Shown here: piece after piece, positions 49,676 to 61,616 of the stretch
How positions within the stretch are numbered: the stretch's first letter is position 1
Layout: the number at the start of each line of letters is the position of its first letter
NCBI RefSeq assembly: GCF_032191835.1
Contig: NC_083230.1
Span: 58,590,001 to 58,654,000, forward strand
Reading direction: 5' to 3'
Length of the DNA stretch: 64,000 nucleotides
Origin: Heteronotia binoei
Taxonomy: Eukaryota
The notes under the pieces: model-generated
Database searches by the model: none
What the model saw: the letters and a program-made list of their open reading frames with translations, nothing else
Told to the model about the DNA's origin: nothing
Made by a program: the position numbers and the translations under genes

Positions 49676-52600
49676 TGTTCTATAAACAATTTAAACCTAT
49701 AATTTCTCCCCATTTAGCTAATGTCTAAAACCAAGTTCTGTCCTCAGGAACCATGCCTCAGACTTGGTCCCAAGCCAAAATTATCGTACTACAAAAAAAA
49801 AGACAAAGACCCCTTGGATGTGGGTTTTTATAGGCCCATATCATTTCTCAATCAAGATTACAAAATTTTTGCTTCAACCCTAGTAGTGAGACTCAATACC
49901 TTCATAGGCAGACTTATCCATTGTAATCAAACAGGGACTTAACAGATAATACTAGAAAAATGTTCAACATAATACACTACTGTAAACAGTTTCAGATTGA
50001 TTTTTCATTCATTTTATCAGTTGGTTTTGAAAAAGCCTTTGATACTGTTGAGATTCCTTACTTAATTACATTACTAGTGTCTATGAATTTTGGCCCTAAC
50101 TTTCTAAGAGTTATCTGTGCTTTGTATTCCTCCCCCTCAGCAATAGTCAGAGTCAACAATTTGGATTCAGATGACTTAATTTTAAGCAGGGGCACTAGAC
50201 AGGGCTGCCCCCTGTCCCCACTACTGTTTGCTCTTATTATCGAGCCATTAGCTATATCCATCAGGAATGATCCCCATCAGGAATGATCCTCATATATTAG
50301 GCATCACAACAAAAAACCATATCTTCAAACTCTCTCTTTTTGCAGACAATCTTGCAATCTTTGCAACCCATCCTGAAATCTCTTTACCAGCAATCACTAC
50401 TCAACTCCATTCTTTCTCTTTAGTATCTGGACTGAAAGTCAATCCATCCAAATCAGTGCTGTACCCTATTTTGCTCTCTCCATTGCAACCGAAGTTTATT
50501 CAGTCAAATTAGGACTATAAATCGATTAGTAAATTTTGGTCATATTTGGGTGTAAATATCCCAATAAACCTCATTGACACTATTAAATTTAATCATCACC
50601 TTTTAAATAAGTCAATAACAGATCTTCTTAAAAATAGGAACTCTTCTTCTATCCCTTGGATCGAAAAAATCCAAATTCTCAAAACTTTCATATTGCCAAA
50701 ATTCTTATTCTTATTTAGAGCTTTACCTGTTCTTATTCCAATAGATCTCTTTAAAATATGGGATCGTTCCTTTCTTAATTACATTTGGAATAAAAAAGCT
50801 TCAAGAGTAAGCTATGACACTTTGATTCACCCCTCAAGTCTAAGGGGTCTTGCCTCACCTAATCTTATTAGATACTATAAGTCAGCCATTCTCAGTGGGC
50901 ACCTTAAACAATATAATTCACACTTTCAGACTGACTGGAAATGTATTGAGCAAGATTTTCTAGGAAATAAAACTTTTTCAAATATCATATGGGAGGTGCT
51001 GAAAAAACATTCAGTACATATTACACTTAACCCCTTCCTCAATGATCACAAGGGATTGCTTGCAGCCTGCAGCAATGCTGCTAGGCTGCGTTAGCAAGAT
51101 TTGCTCCCCTGGTGAGGGAAAAGCGGGTCTTCGGCCTGTTTGGGTGCAATCTAGAGGGGACAGGGCTTGGCTGTCTTAACAGCCAAGACTCCGCTCGCCT
51201 GTGCAGTTCTTTCGATGATCAGCCCTCCCGCCCGCCCTGTTTGTTATGTAAATGATTGCTGGTCGTCTCAGGTGAGGGGCCAGGTAGGAATTTTTTGCTC
51301 CCCAGCTGATTGGCTGTTGCTGGGGTGTGTTTTTCGCCTATCCTACATAGCAAAGCAGTGGATTGTGGAATTGGCTATAAGGAGGTGCTGTTTATTAATT
51401 GGTCACTTTGGTTTGGCAAGTTTTACTGGGTTAGGGTACTTTGCAGCTAGGGGAGGACCATGAAGCATCCCCCTTTTGGGAAGTCAGGGGTCTGGCATAA
51501 TCAACCTTGGGGTTTGATGACCCAGGGTGGGGGAAATGCAGACTGTCCTGGAGGCTCGACTAGAGGGTGCCTTCCATTGAGACGTGCATCTGGCGCGTGC
51601 CTCCTTGCTGGGCTGGCCTGGCAGGAGCTGTGTCTCACAGCTCCAGCTGGGGGCGGGGTCTCTCCCCCGCGAATGGCAGGGGAGCGGTCTGTTGAGACCC
51701 CCTAGCCCTGACCAGGCCGCACTTTTAGGTGCCCTTGCCGTTGTGATTATTATGATTAATAAAGTGGCCCTTAGTTATACCAAAGTCTTGTGTCCGACTC
51801 TTCATTCCGATCTTGGGGGGCAAAGCATTATTGTCAATATGGGACAAATTGAGGCCTAACATTGCACCTGAAATCTCTGCCGTTTCTCATTTTCTTAGCC
51901 AGTCATGGTTTCCCCCTGGCTTTTCATCTTCTTTTCCTACCTGGAGATCAGCTAATCTGCTCTCTTTTGCTGACATTCTGTCTGAAGGCAGTCTAATTGA
52001 CAAAAGAGGTCTAGAAGAAAAGAAACAAATCTCTATTAAATGGTATGAATATCTACAAGTAAGCCACCTTATAGATTCTCTAACTCACAAATCTAGGTTA
52101 GACAGGCCACTCACTCCCTTTGAATACCTTCTCTCCTCTAACAAATGAGATTTTAAAGGCATAATTTCAATACTCTAAAAAGGTTTGATTTTAATCGACT
52201 GCACGCATCCACCCTCATACCAGGCACCATGGCACCAGGACTGTGAATTTCAACTATCAGAAGATCAGTGGATGCAAATCTGGTCCTCTTCCTCTTATAC
52301 ATCTCCTTCCTTGAATATACAGGCTCAATGTCTCAAACTGCTTTCTGGATGGTATATGACTCCCAAAAGACTACACAGCATCTCAACAAAGCACTCTCCA
52401 TATTGCTGGAAAGCATGTGGATTAGAAGCCAATTACCTTCATTTCTGGTGGCATTGTAAAGTCATACGAAATTTTTGGCGACTAGTGTTAGCACACATTA
52501 AGACAATTATAGGTTACAACATTCCTCCAAAACCAGAACTGATTTTACTTGATTTATGGGTAGATTTTCCTATTCCAAACCTAAGCAAGGCTCTGATCTC

Positions 52601-53076
52601 TAAACTGCTAGTAGTTGCAAAAATGGTGATTGCTTTTCATTGAAAACGTCCTGGTTCCCTCCAAATAAAATCCTGGTATGCAAAAACGTGGGAAATCTAT
52701 GCAATGGATAAAATCTCTGACTATGTCAGCCCTACAGATAACTCTCATCCCTTGAATAACCTACTATATAAATGGCTTCCCTTTCTCAAAGCCTCTTACA
52801 ATCAGCAGTGTATGGTTAGCTCATGTATTCCTAGTCGATTTTATGACATTATTAACTACATGTGAAATATGATATGGAGACTGTAATACTTTAAACATTA
52901 TTTGCATTGCATTTTTTGTTAATGGTCATTGAGAAGTTCTTAATGTCTACTTACATGCTTAATTCGTTTTGTTTCTGTACAGCTCTATATCTGTAATTTG
53001 CTTTTTTAACTCACTGCTGTGTTTGTTTACATTGTTACAGTTCAAATAAATTAAATTATTTTTTAAAAAAAAAAAA
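49676..53076 (+). mobile_element. 5'-truncated L1-clade LINE (ORF2 RT to C-terminus, 3'UTR, poly-A)
   Basis: YRPISFLNQDYKI, FEKAFD, GTRQGCPLSP, LFAD, YCWKACGLEANYLHFWWHC; AATAAA and A-tail 53045-53076; protein clearly divergent from the L1 at 1758. Confidence 0.92.
51043..51823 (+). mobile_element. 781-bp non-coding insertion, LTR/DIRS-Ngaro-like, no clear TSD
   Basis: Removing it restores L1 codons TTC CTC AAA GCA TTA TTG (FLKALL); only CAA shared at the junctions; TATA-like CTATAAG ~51375; AATAAA 51758. Confidence 0.55.
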
Positions 53077-53689
53077 CAGCCCCCAGAACCCCAGATCAAT
53101 TCCCCATTATTTCCTATGGGAATCAGTCTCCACAGGGTATAATGGAGTCCCTAGCAGACATTTTCCTCCCTTGCCCCGCTTTCTGATAACAATAAAGTGG
53201 GGGAGGGCCTCCAAACCAGGGAAACCCCTGCCCCCAACTGGGGATTGGCAACCTTACTTACAAAGCAATCCTAAAACACTTTCCTGGAAGTATACCCCAT
53301 TGAATAGACCTGAGTAGGATTCAGAGTAAACCTCTTTAGGAGTGATCTCTTAATATTGTAGTTGCTTATTATAGTATGCTTAACACACCTCAATACTGAG
53401 ATTCACTGTAAATCACATCAGGGAACTAAAAATATGTTCAGTATCAGGAGAATATACTACTGTCATTGATTCATGATGGTATTGTATTGACATCTACTTT
53501 ATACGAGTACTCAGTGGATTGATATTTACCATCTTTTAGCCATAGAAAAGACAAACATATTGCATAGGACAATGAAACCCATAATGTTACAAAGATCTTA
53601 CGTAAGCAGTTCAAAGAAAACAGCCATTAATCTGATTCAGAGCATGTTTTATTCCCAAACCTGCTGGTTAATAGTTTTATAGGTTACAG

Positions 53690-55630
53690 GTTTATTAAAT
53701 TTATACCCTTCCCTCCCCGCCAAGGCGGGCTCAGGGCAGCTTACAACAATAGTCATAACAACAATAAGAGATTTAACACGTTAGTGCATCATAATAATAA
53801 AATCAATTAAAATTTAAAATAATTTAAAACAGTTGGTGATAATAACATTCTGGTGTTATTCAGGTTCGATGATGTTCGTATTTCTTGGATTCCTCCTGTT
53901 GTTATAAGTCTCAAAGTCAGCTGAAAGCGAGCTGGAAGAGTGTGGTCTTACAAGCCTTGCAGAACTAGGTGAGGTCCCGCAAGGCTCTAACCTCTTCCGA
54001 CAGCTGGTTCCACCAGTAGGGGGCTGCTACTAAGAAGGCGCGATCCCTGGTACCCGTCAGTCTCACCTCTCTCAGCCCGGGGATCACTAAAAGATGTTGA
54101 ATTCCTGATCTTAGTACCCTCTGGGGAACATGTGGGAACAGTCAGTCTCAGATAAGCAGGTCTTCAGCCATAAAGGGCTTTGAAGGTAATGACCAGCACC
54201 TTGTAGCAAATCTGGTGCAGTTCTTGCAGTGCCGGCTGTATGTGCTCCCACCTGGGCAGCCCCAATAACAGCCTGGCCACCGCATTCTGCACTAGCTGTA
54301 GTTTCCAGCTTCGTGACAAGGGCAGCCCCATGTAGAGGGCATTACAGTAGTCCAATCTTGAGGTGACCGTTGCATGGATCACAGTTGCCAGGTTGCTACA
54401 GTTAAGGAAAGGAGCCAACTGTTTCACCCGCCTAAGATGGAAAAAGGCGGATTTTGCAGTTGCTGCTATCTGGACCTCCATTGTCAAGGAGGACTCCAGT
54501 AGCACCCCCAGCTTCTGACCTTGTGTGCCATTGTCACTGGCTCACTGTCAAAAGTTGGGAGGGGAATTCCCCTGCCTAGACCGCCGTGGCTCAGGCAAAG
54601 AACCTCTGTCTTCATTTGATTCAGCTTCTGTCAGCTCAGTTTAAGCCATCCAGCCTCAGCTTGCAATGCCTGGTCCAAGTTTTCTGGGACATCATCAAAT
54701 CGGCCATCCATCAGTAGATAGAGCTGGGTGTCATCAGCATACTGGTGGCAACCCAGCCCATACCTCCGGGCAATCTGGGCAAAGGGTCGCTGTCCCACCC
54801 AGCCTGAGCCAGAACTCCACGGGCAGCCCCCCCCCCGCACCCACTAGTCCCCCTCCCCACCCAAGGGAACCGGGGAGTTACCCAGGGCGATGCTGGCAGC
54901 CCCTACACCTGATCCCCAACATACCTCTAGGGCTGCAAGCAGAACAACGCCGCCCACAACGCACGCCAGCCCACACAGTCAGTGCACCCATCCTTGGGCA
55001 TGGGGAGATTGGTCACTTTGCAACACCAGCAGCGGTGGGGAAAGAAAGGCACAGATGAAGGAGCACAGCAGAAGAAGGGGCCTGCAGACCGAGCTGTGGC
55101 AGCTGGCGGCACCGCGCTCTGACACTTCTCCATGGCCAAGGACACCCCAGCAGCCTCAGAGAGGCCAAGCCCAAGAACACCTCTCCTTGGCATCCGGGCT
55201 TATCAACAGGGGTGGAGCCAGCTGGGGGGTGGGACCTGGGGAGCGGGGAGGGAACTCCAGGAGGGATAAAAGGCCCAATGGCCAAGAAGTCGAGGAGGAA
55301 GCTGGTTGATGCTGCAGAGGGGCTGCCAACAAAGAGAGATAGCCCAAGTACAGCTGGAGGGGACAGGGAGCCTGAGGTGCAGCAACCCATCTCTCTCTCC
55401 CCCCCTCTCCATTTCTGAGACCTCAGGAGACAACAGGAAAGGGACCAGAGGGGACGGTCACAGTAAGGAAGGCTACGGCCATGTCGGGGAACCCCGGTGG
55501 GCGCCAGAGGGACGACAGTCGCATATAGATGTTAAACAGCATCGGGGATAGAACCACCCCCTGGGGCACACCATAGTTAAGCATGTGTCTCTGAGACGAT
55601 TCTCCCCCAATTGATAATGTTGTTTCCCAA
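53690..55630 (-). mobile_element. L2 LINE 3' portion, interrupted by a solo LTR
   Basis: YGVPQGVVLSPMLFNIYM, CHQYADDTQLY, KSAFFHLRR, SRLDYCNALYMGLP, KLQLVQNAVARLL; 3' end at ~53695. Confidence 0.93.
54791..55517 (+). mobile_element. Solo LTR (Gypsy/ERV type), 727 bp
   Basis: TGTC...GACA termini; 5-bp TSD GTCGC (54786-54790, 55518-55522); TATA-like GATAAAAG ~55264; orientation inferred. Confidence 0.85.
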
Positions 55631-56486
55631 GGAATTAAGAACAAGGATTCATTCTACATAATATTCTACATAATATTCTTTATCAGCCAGCAAAAAAAAA
55701 AATTGTCAAGAATCTTTGAATATAAGACAAAAAATTAATAGGACTCTACTCGAGCAAAAACAAATAACTAGATTAGTCTATCTATATTTACTTGGATTTC
55801 TACTAATCCCTTAATTTTAACTGAATTCCTTTCTGTAACCAATCAGAAAGTATTATTCTGCTCATTTTAAAGTTACATTTATTTAATTAGCAGCCAACAT
55901 GACAATTTTGCCTGTTTTATCTGAAAAGTCCAAATGTCCAGATTTTTCTCCTGTGGTTGCAAATTCCTTTGTGGCACAGATGGACACTTGATGCAACAAA
56001 CAAATAATCCTTTATGAAGGGTGAACTAAGACTATAAACTGTTACTTAGCAAAAAATAGCCATGTATGATGTCTCCTTCCTGTGATAAAGTCCTGTGGGC
56101 TTTGATCCGTTTTGCAGGTTACAGATTTCCTTGTTTCTGTTGCAAATACTTTCAAGTTAACAAAGAAGTAAGGGACCACTGTTGTAACTTGGAAAGCAAG
56201 AGAAGAACAGTTTATTTTATTTTATTACAATATTTTTACAATATCAGTAGTAAAACATTTTTACGATATTTTTGTGATATTAGTAGTAAAACAAGATAGA
56301 CACATATGTAGGCCAATCCAGAACTCACCTGTAGCATGCAACATTATCAAGATTCCTTAAAAGAAGCAACCGGGGAGGGGGCGGTTTGCAGAAAACACAC
56401 TGTTAGCCCTCTGACATTTTCCTAATGACAACTGTCTCTGTTCTCAAGTAATTTAACTTTCCATAAGTCTTTGCCTTCTTCTACAA

Positions 56487-58476
56487 TGCTAAAATTTGTG
56501 GTATAGTGGTTATAATGTCAGACTAGGATTTGGAAGACCCTGTTTTGAGTCTACCATGGAAGCTTGCTGGGTGACCTTGGTCCACTCAAACACTCTCAAC
56601 TTAACTAAAAGGTTTTGTGAGGATAAAATGGAATAGAAAGGAATGAAGATGAGAAGTGTTTGCCCACTAATTTTGGAAGGGGTGTTGAAGGACCTGAGTC
56701 AGATTGAGGTGACAAGAGAGGAGGTCCTACGACTGATAGACAAATTAAAAACTGATAAGTTACCAGGCCTGGATGGCATACATTCAAGAGTTCTGAAAGA
56801 ACTCAAAGGTGAAATTGGGGATCTCCTGACGAAAATATGTAATTTTTCATTGAAATCTGCCTCCGTTCCTGAGGATTGGAAGGTAGCAAATGTCACCCCC
56901 ATCTTTACAAAGGGCTCCAGAGGAGATCCGGGAAATCACAGCCCAGTCAGTTTGATTTCAATACCAGGAAAGTTGATGGAAACTTATTAAAGAGAGAATG
57001 AGTAGGCACATTGATGAACACAAGTTATTGAGGAAGACTCAGCATGGGTTCTGTAAGTGAAGATCTTGTCTCATTAACCTGTTACAGTTCTTTGAGGGGG
57101 TGAACAAACATGTGGACAAAGGGAACCCGATAGATATTGTTTACATTGACTTCCAGAAAGCTTTTGATAAAGTTCCTCATCAAAGGCTCCTTAGTAAGCT
57201 CGAGAGTCATGGAGTAAAAGGACAAGTCCTCTTGTGGATCAAAACCTGACTAATTAATAGGAAACAGAGAGTGAGTACAAATGGGCAATTTTCACAGTGG
57301 AAGATGGTAAGCAGTGGGGTGCCACAGGGCTCAGTACTGGGTCTCATGCTCTTTAACTTGTTCATAAATGATTTGGAGTTGGGAGTAAGCAGTGAAGTGG
57401 CTAAATTGGCAGGTGACACTAAGTTGTTCAGGGTGGTGAGAACCAGAGAGGATTGTGAGGCACTCCAAAGGAATCTGTCGAGACTGGGTGAGTGGGCGTC
57501 AATGTGGCAGATGAGGTTCAATGTGGCCAAGTGCAAAGTAATGCACATTGGGGCCAAAAATTTTAGCTATAAATACAAGTTGATGGGGTGTGAACTGGCA
57601 GACCAAGAGAGAAATCTTGGGGTTGTGGTAGATAATGCACTGAAAATGTCAAAACAGTGTGCGATTGCAATAAAAAAGGCCAATGCCATGCTGGGAATTA
57701 TTAGGAAGGGAATTGAAAACAGATCAGCTAGTATCATAATGCCCCTGTATAAATAGGTGGTGTGGCCTTATTTGGAGTACCATGTATAATTCTGGTCACT
57801 GCACCTCAAAAAAGATATTATAGCATTGGAAAAAGTCTTGAAAAGGGCAACTAGAATGATTAAAGGTTTGGAACACTTTACCTATGAAGAAAGGTTAAAA
57901 CACTTGGGGCTCTTTAGCTTGAAGAAACATCGACTGCGAGGTGACATGATCGAGGTTTACAAGATTTTACATGGGATAGAGAAGGTAGAGAAAGAAGTAC
58001 TTTTCTCCCTTTTTCACAATACAAGAACTCGTGGGCATTCAATGAAATTGCTGAGCAGTCGGGTTAGAATTGATAAAAAGAAGTACTTTTTCACTCAAAG
58101 GGTGATTAACATGTGGAATTCACTGCCACAGGAGGTGGTGGCGGCTACAAGCATAGACAACTTCAAGAGGGGAATGGATAAGCATATGGAGCAGAGGTCC
58201 ATCAGTGGCTATTAGCCACAGCTTATTGTTGGAACTCTATGTCTGGGGCAGTGATGCTCTTTGTATTCTTGTGCTTGGTGGGGGACACAGTGGAAGGGCT
58301 TCTAGCCCCACTGGTGGACTTCTTGATGGCACTTGGGGGTTTTTGCCACTGTATGACACAGGGTGTTGGACTGGATGGGCCATTGACCTGATCCAACATG
58401 GCTTCTCATATGTTCTTATGTAAGATGCTTTGGATCTCTACTGGGGTGAAAGGTGGAGTATAAATGCATAAATAAA
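56487..58476 (+). mobile_element. tRNA SINE split by CR1 (parts ~56487-56645 and 58421-58476)
   Basis: GTGGTATAGTGGTTATAATG head...GAAAGGAATG | TAAGATGCTTTGG...TAAATAAA. Confidence 0.7.
56645..58420 (+). mobile_element. CR1 LINE, 5'-truncated (RT and 3'UTR)
   Basis: KLPGLDGIHSRVLKEL, PEDWKVANVTPIF, DFQKAFDKVPH, SGVPQGSVLG, LRGDMIEVYKI; tail ATGTTCTTATG. Confidence 0.96.
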
Positions 58477-58994
58477 GCACAGTGATTTGAGCACAGTGGA
58501 GCCCTTTTAAGTCCTATTGATGATAGCTGAATAAATACATACCTGAATAACTTTTATATAATTAAAAACATGGGCATGATCTAAATAACATTAAGTCCAA
58601 ATACTAAGATCCAAACATTAAGTCCAAAAACATGGGCATGATCCAAATATTCTTTAAGTCCCATTGATTTCAGATGGAATTTTTCAGGATTTCAATATAA
58701 ACAAAAGTATTTTTATGTTGAATAAATTGTGTGTCATATTACTAAATCTCTAAGCTGAGGTTGTGCTTCTCCCTGACAAATCAAATCTTCAGAGGAGGGC
58801 CTATGTTGTGTTTCCCCACCACTGGAGTAAATAAGAGCTGCAAAGAAGGGGGCCCTTTTTGGTGCTTATGGAGCTCATTCATATTGAGAGTTCATAATAT
58901 ACAGACATTTTAAAAACATTTATTTTGTCCGCAGGGATAAAAATCTGTTATAAAAAAAGCACTGCTGAATCACAAAAGACCAGTTTAATTTTTG

Positions 58995-59190
58995 TTTGTT
59001 CTGCTGTCACAGTTAAACTTCTGGGGTTTTCAAGGCAAGGGCCATTCAGAGGTGGTTTGCCATTGCCTGTCTCTGTGTCAGGACCCTGGTATTCCTTGGG
59101 ATTTCCTTTCCAAATACTGGCCAGGGCCAACCCTGCTTAGTTTCCGAGGTCTGATGAGACTGGGGTAGCATGGACTGTCCAGGACAGGGC
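58995..59190 (-). mobile_element. 5S rRNA-derived SINE (5S-Sauria-like)
   Basis: Minus strand 5S head TCTCATCAGACCTCGGAAACTAAGCAGGGTTGGCCCTGG, then GGCAATGGCAAACCACCTCTG...CCTTGAAAACCCC. Confidence 0.82.
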
Positions 59191-59261
59191 CTAATACAGC
59201 ATTCTGTTTATCACAACTGCCAACCAAATGAAGCGAAAAGAGCAAAAGAGAGTGACTTTGG

Positions 59262-59400
59262 CAAGTCACACACACTCTCAGCCTAACCTACCTCACAGAT
59301 TTTTGTGAAGATAAAATGGAGAAGAAAAGAATGTAAGCTGCTTTAGGTCCCCATTGGGAAGGAAGTTAGTGTAGAAATGAAGTAAATAAGTAAAAGATAA
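59262..59400 (+). mobile_element. SINE 3' half
   Basis: CTCTCAGCCTAACCTACCTCACAG...TGTAAGCTGCTTT...TAAATAAG. Confidence 0.65.
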
Positions 59401-59402
59401 AA

Positions 59403-59855
59403 ATGATGGTGAGGGGTCTGGAGACCAAGTCCTATGAGGAAAGGTTGAAGGAACTGGAGAGGTGTTTAGCCTGGAGAGGAGACGGCTGAGAGGTGATATG
59501 ATCACCATCTTCAAGTACTTGAAGGGCTGTCATATAGAGGATGGTGTGGAATTGTTTTCCATCACCCCGGAAGGTAGGACCAGAGCCAATGGGTTGAAAT
59601 TAAATCAAAAGAGTTTCTGGCTCAACATTAGGAAGAACTTCCTGACTGTTAGAGCGATTCCTCAGTGGAACAGGCTTCCTCGGGAGGTGATCGGTTCTCC
59701 TTCCTTGGAATTTTTTAAACAGAGGCTAGATGGCCATCTGACAGCAATGAAGATCCTGTGAATTTAGGGGGAAGTGTTTGTGAATTTCCTGCATTGTGCA
59801 GGGGGTTGGACTAGATGACCCTGGAGGTCCCTTCCAATTCTATGATTCTATGATT
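59403..59855 (+). mobile_element. CR1 3' fragment (second subfamily)
   Basis: FSLERRRLRGDMITIFKYLKG...WNRLPREV; tail (ATTCTATG)2. Confidence 0.95.
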
Positions 59856-60047
59856 TCCCTCCATCCAGGGCTGGTGCTACCATTAGGCCAACTAGGCGGC
59901 CTCAGAGGGAGCAGAACTGACACTCAGCATTAGGGTGTGAAATCTGTCACATGTCTATCAAATGTAAATTTTCTAGTAAAAAAGGAGGAAGTTGAGGTAA
60001 ACAGTAGGAAGTTTGTCATAAATATCCCAAGGTTGAATTCTCTATGT

Positions 60048-60182
60048 CAGGGGTGGCCAACGGTAGCTCTCCAGATGTTTTTGCCTACAACTCCCATCAG
60101 CCCCAGCCTGCATGGCCACTGGCTGGGGCTGATGGGAGTTGTAGGCAAAAAACATCTGGAGAGCTACTATTGGCCACCCCTG
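60048..60182. mobile_element. Palindromic hAT MITE, 135 bp
   Basis: CAGGGGTGGCCAA...TTGGCCACCCCTG; perfect 8-bp TSD CTCTATGT. Confidence 0.95.
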
Positions 60183-60659
60183 CTCTATGTATTTGGCTAG
60201 AACAGAATTAGCATTAGATTAAGGAATGAAGGGATAATAAAACAGATGCTGTAGCAGGCTCAGAATGAAGTAAAGAAAAAGACAGAGAGAACAGGAGAGT
60301 GCTTCACAGTACTCCTGTAGAACTCTTATTGCTGGGGAAATTATTTTTGACAGAATAGGAGACACAGAATAAGAAATTTAAATCCAGAGGTAAGTGAGCA
60401 CAATTTTTTTGCTAATATATGCTAACTCACAGGAATTTTATTCACAGAGTTGAATTCACAGAGTTGTGGTGTTCTGCATTTACTCTGAAGATTTAAAGTT
60501 GCTGGGACATGACCTCAAGGATCATGCCACTGTTGCTTGAGTCTGTATTGGTTCACTTAGAAAAGAATCCTACTCACAGCCTGATCCTATGCAGTTTATT
60601 TTCTTTTATTTACTTTATATATGGTCTACCTTTCTCACTAATAATCAAAATGGGTTACA

Positions 60660-61232
60660 CAGGGGTGTCAAACATGCGGCCCAGGGGCTGAATCAGGCCC
60701 CCAGGGGGGTCCTATCAGGCCCCCGAGCAACTGGCTATCTTCTTCCTTCTCCCTCTCTCTTGCTTCCTTCTGCATAACAGCTTGCTTTGCAAGGCTTGAT
60801 CAATCTATTTTCTCAATTGGCTAAGGCTCCTCCCTTGGGGAGGAGGCAGAGTTTGCTTTGTCAGGCTCTCTCAATCGCACAGCAGAGCTACTGAGCCAAG
60901 CCTCTCTTCCTTCTATTGGCTGAGGCTCCTCCTCCTCCTGGTCCCTTGAGGAAGGAAGGAAAGAGCCAGAGCTTCCTTTGTCCAGTTCTCTGGATCCCAT
61001 GGGAGAAATACAAAGAAAGCACCTTTAAGACCAATAGGTGCTAATTTTTTAAGCATGTTTTATTTTAAGGTTGTTGTTTTTTAAAATGTTAATTGTGTTT
61101 GTCTGCGTCCTTTATAAAGGTTATATCTCTGCTACCTAACCTTAAATATGGCCTGGCCCAACATGGCCTGGCCCAACAGGGACTCATTTATGTCAGATCC
61201 GGCCTTCATAACAAATTAGTTCAACACCCCTA
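60660..61232. mobile_element. hAT MITE (CAGGGGTGTCAAAC type)
   Basis: CAGGGGTGTCAAAC ... GTTCAACACCCCTA; a related right end is at ~43790-43863. Confidence 0.8.
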
Positions 61233-61458
61233 GGTAACACAGTGTAAGTTAATGTAATAATTCACATGAGACATCTAAGAAATGCAATAAGACCAGGATT
61301 ACAGCAATTTGAATGCAAACAATGCACAAATGATATAATAAAGGTACAAAGCAACCTAACTCTAACCCCCAAGACAAACCAGGCTAAACCCTGGTTACAT
61401 GCAAAAACAGAGACTCAGCATGTGCACATTTCCTCACATACATTGACACAGATTTCCT

Positions 61459-61616
61459 CAGGGCTTTTTTTGTAGCAGAAACTCCTTTGCATATTGGCCT
61501 CCAAGAGCATACAGGGTTCTTAGTACAGGGCCTACTGTAAGCTCCAGGAGGATTGGCTACATCAGGGAGTGTGTGGCCTAATATGCAAAGAAGTTCCTGC
61601 TACAAAAAAAGCCCTG
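61459..61616. mobile_element. hAT MITE, 158 bp
   Basis: CAGGGCTTTTTTTGTAGCAG / CTGCTACAAAAAAAGCCCTG; perfect 8-bp TSD GATTTCCT. Confidence 0.95.

Larger units (their letters stand above)
47324..53254. mobile_element. AGGGTTGCC MITE split by nested BovB and L1 insertions
   Basis: Segments 47324-47601, 49600-49675 and 53077-53254 reconstitute a copy like 7692-8206. Confidence 0.85.
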
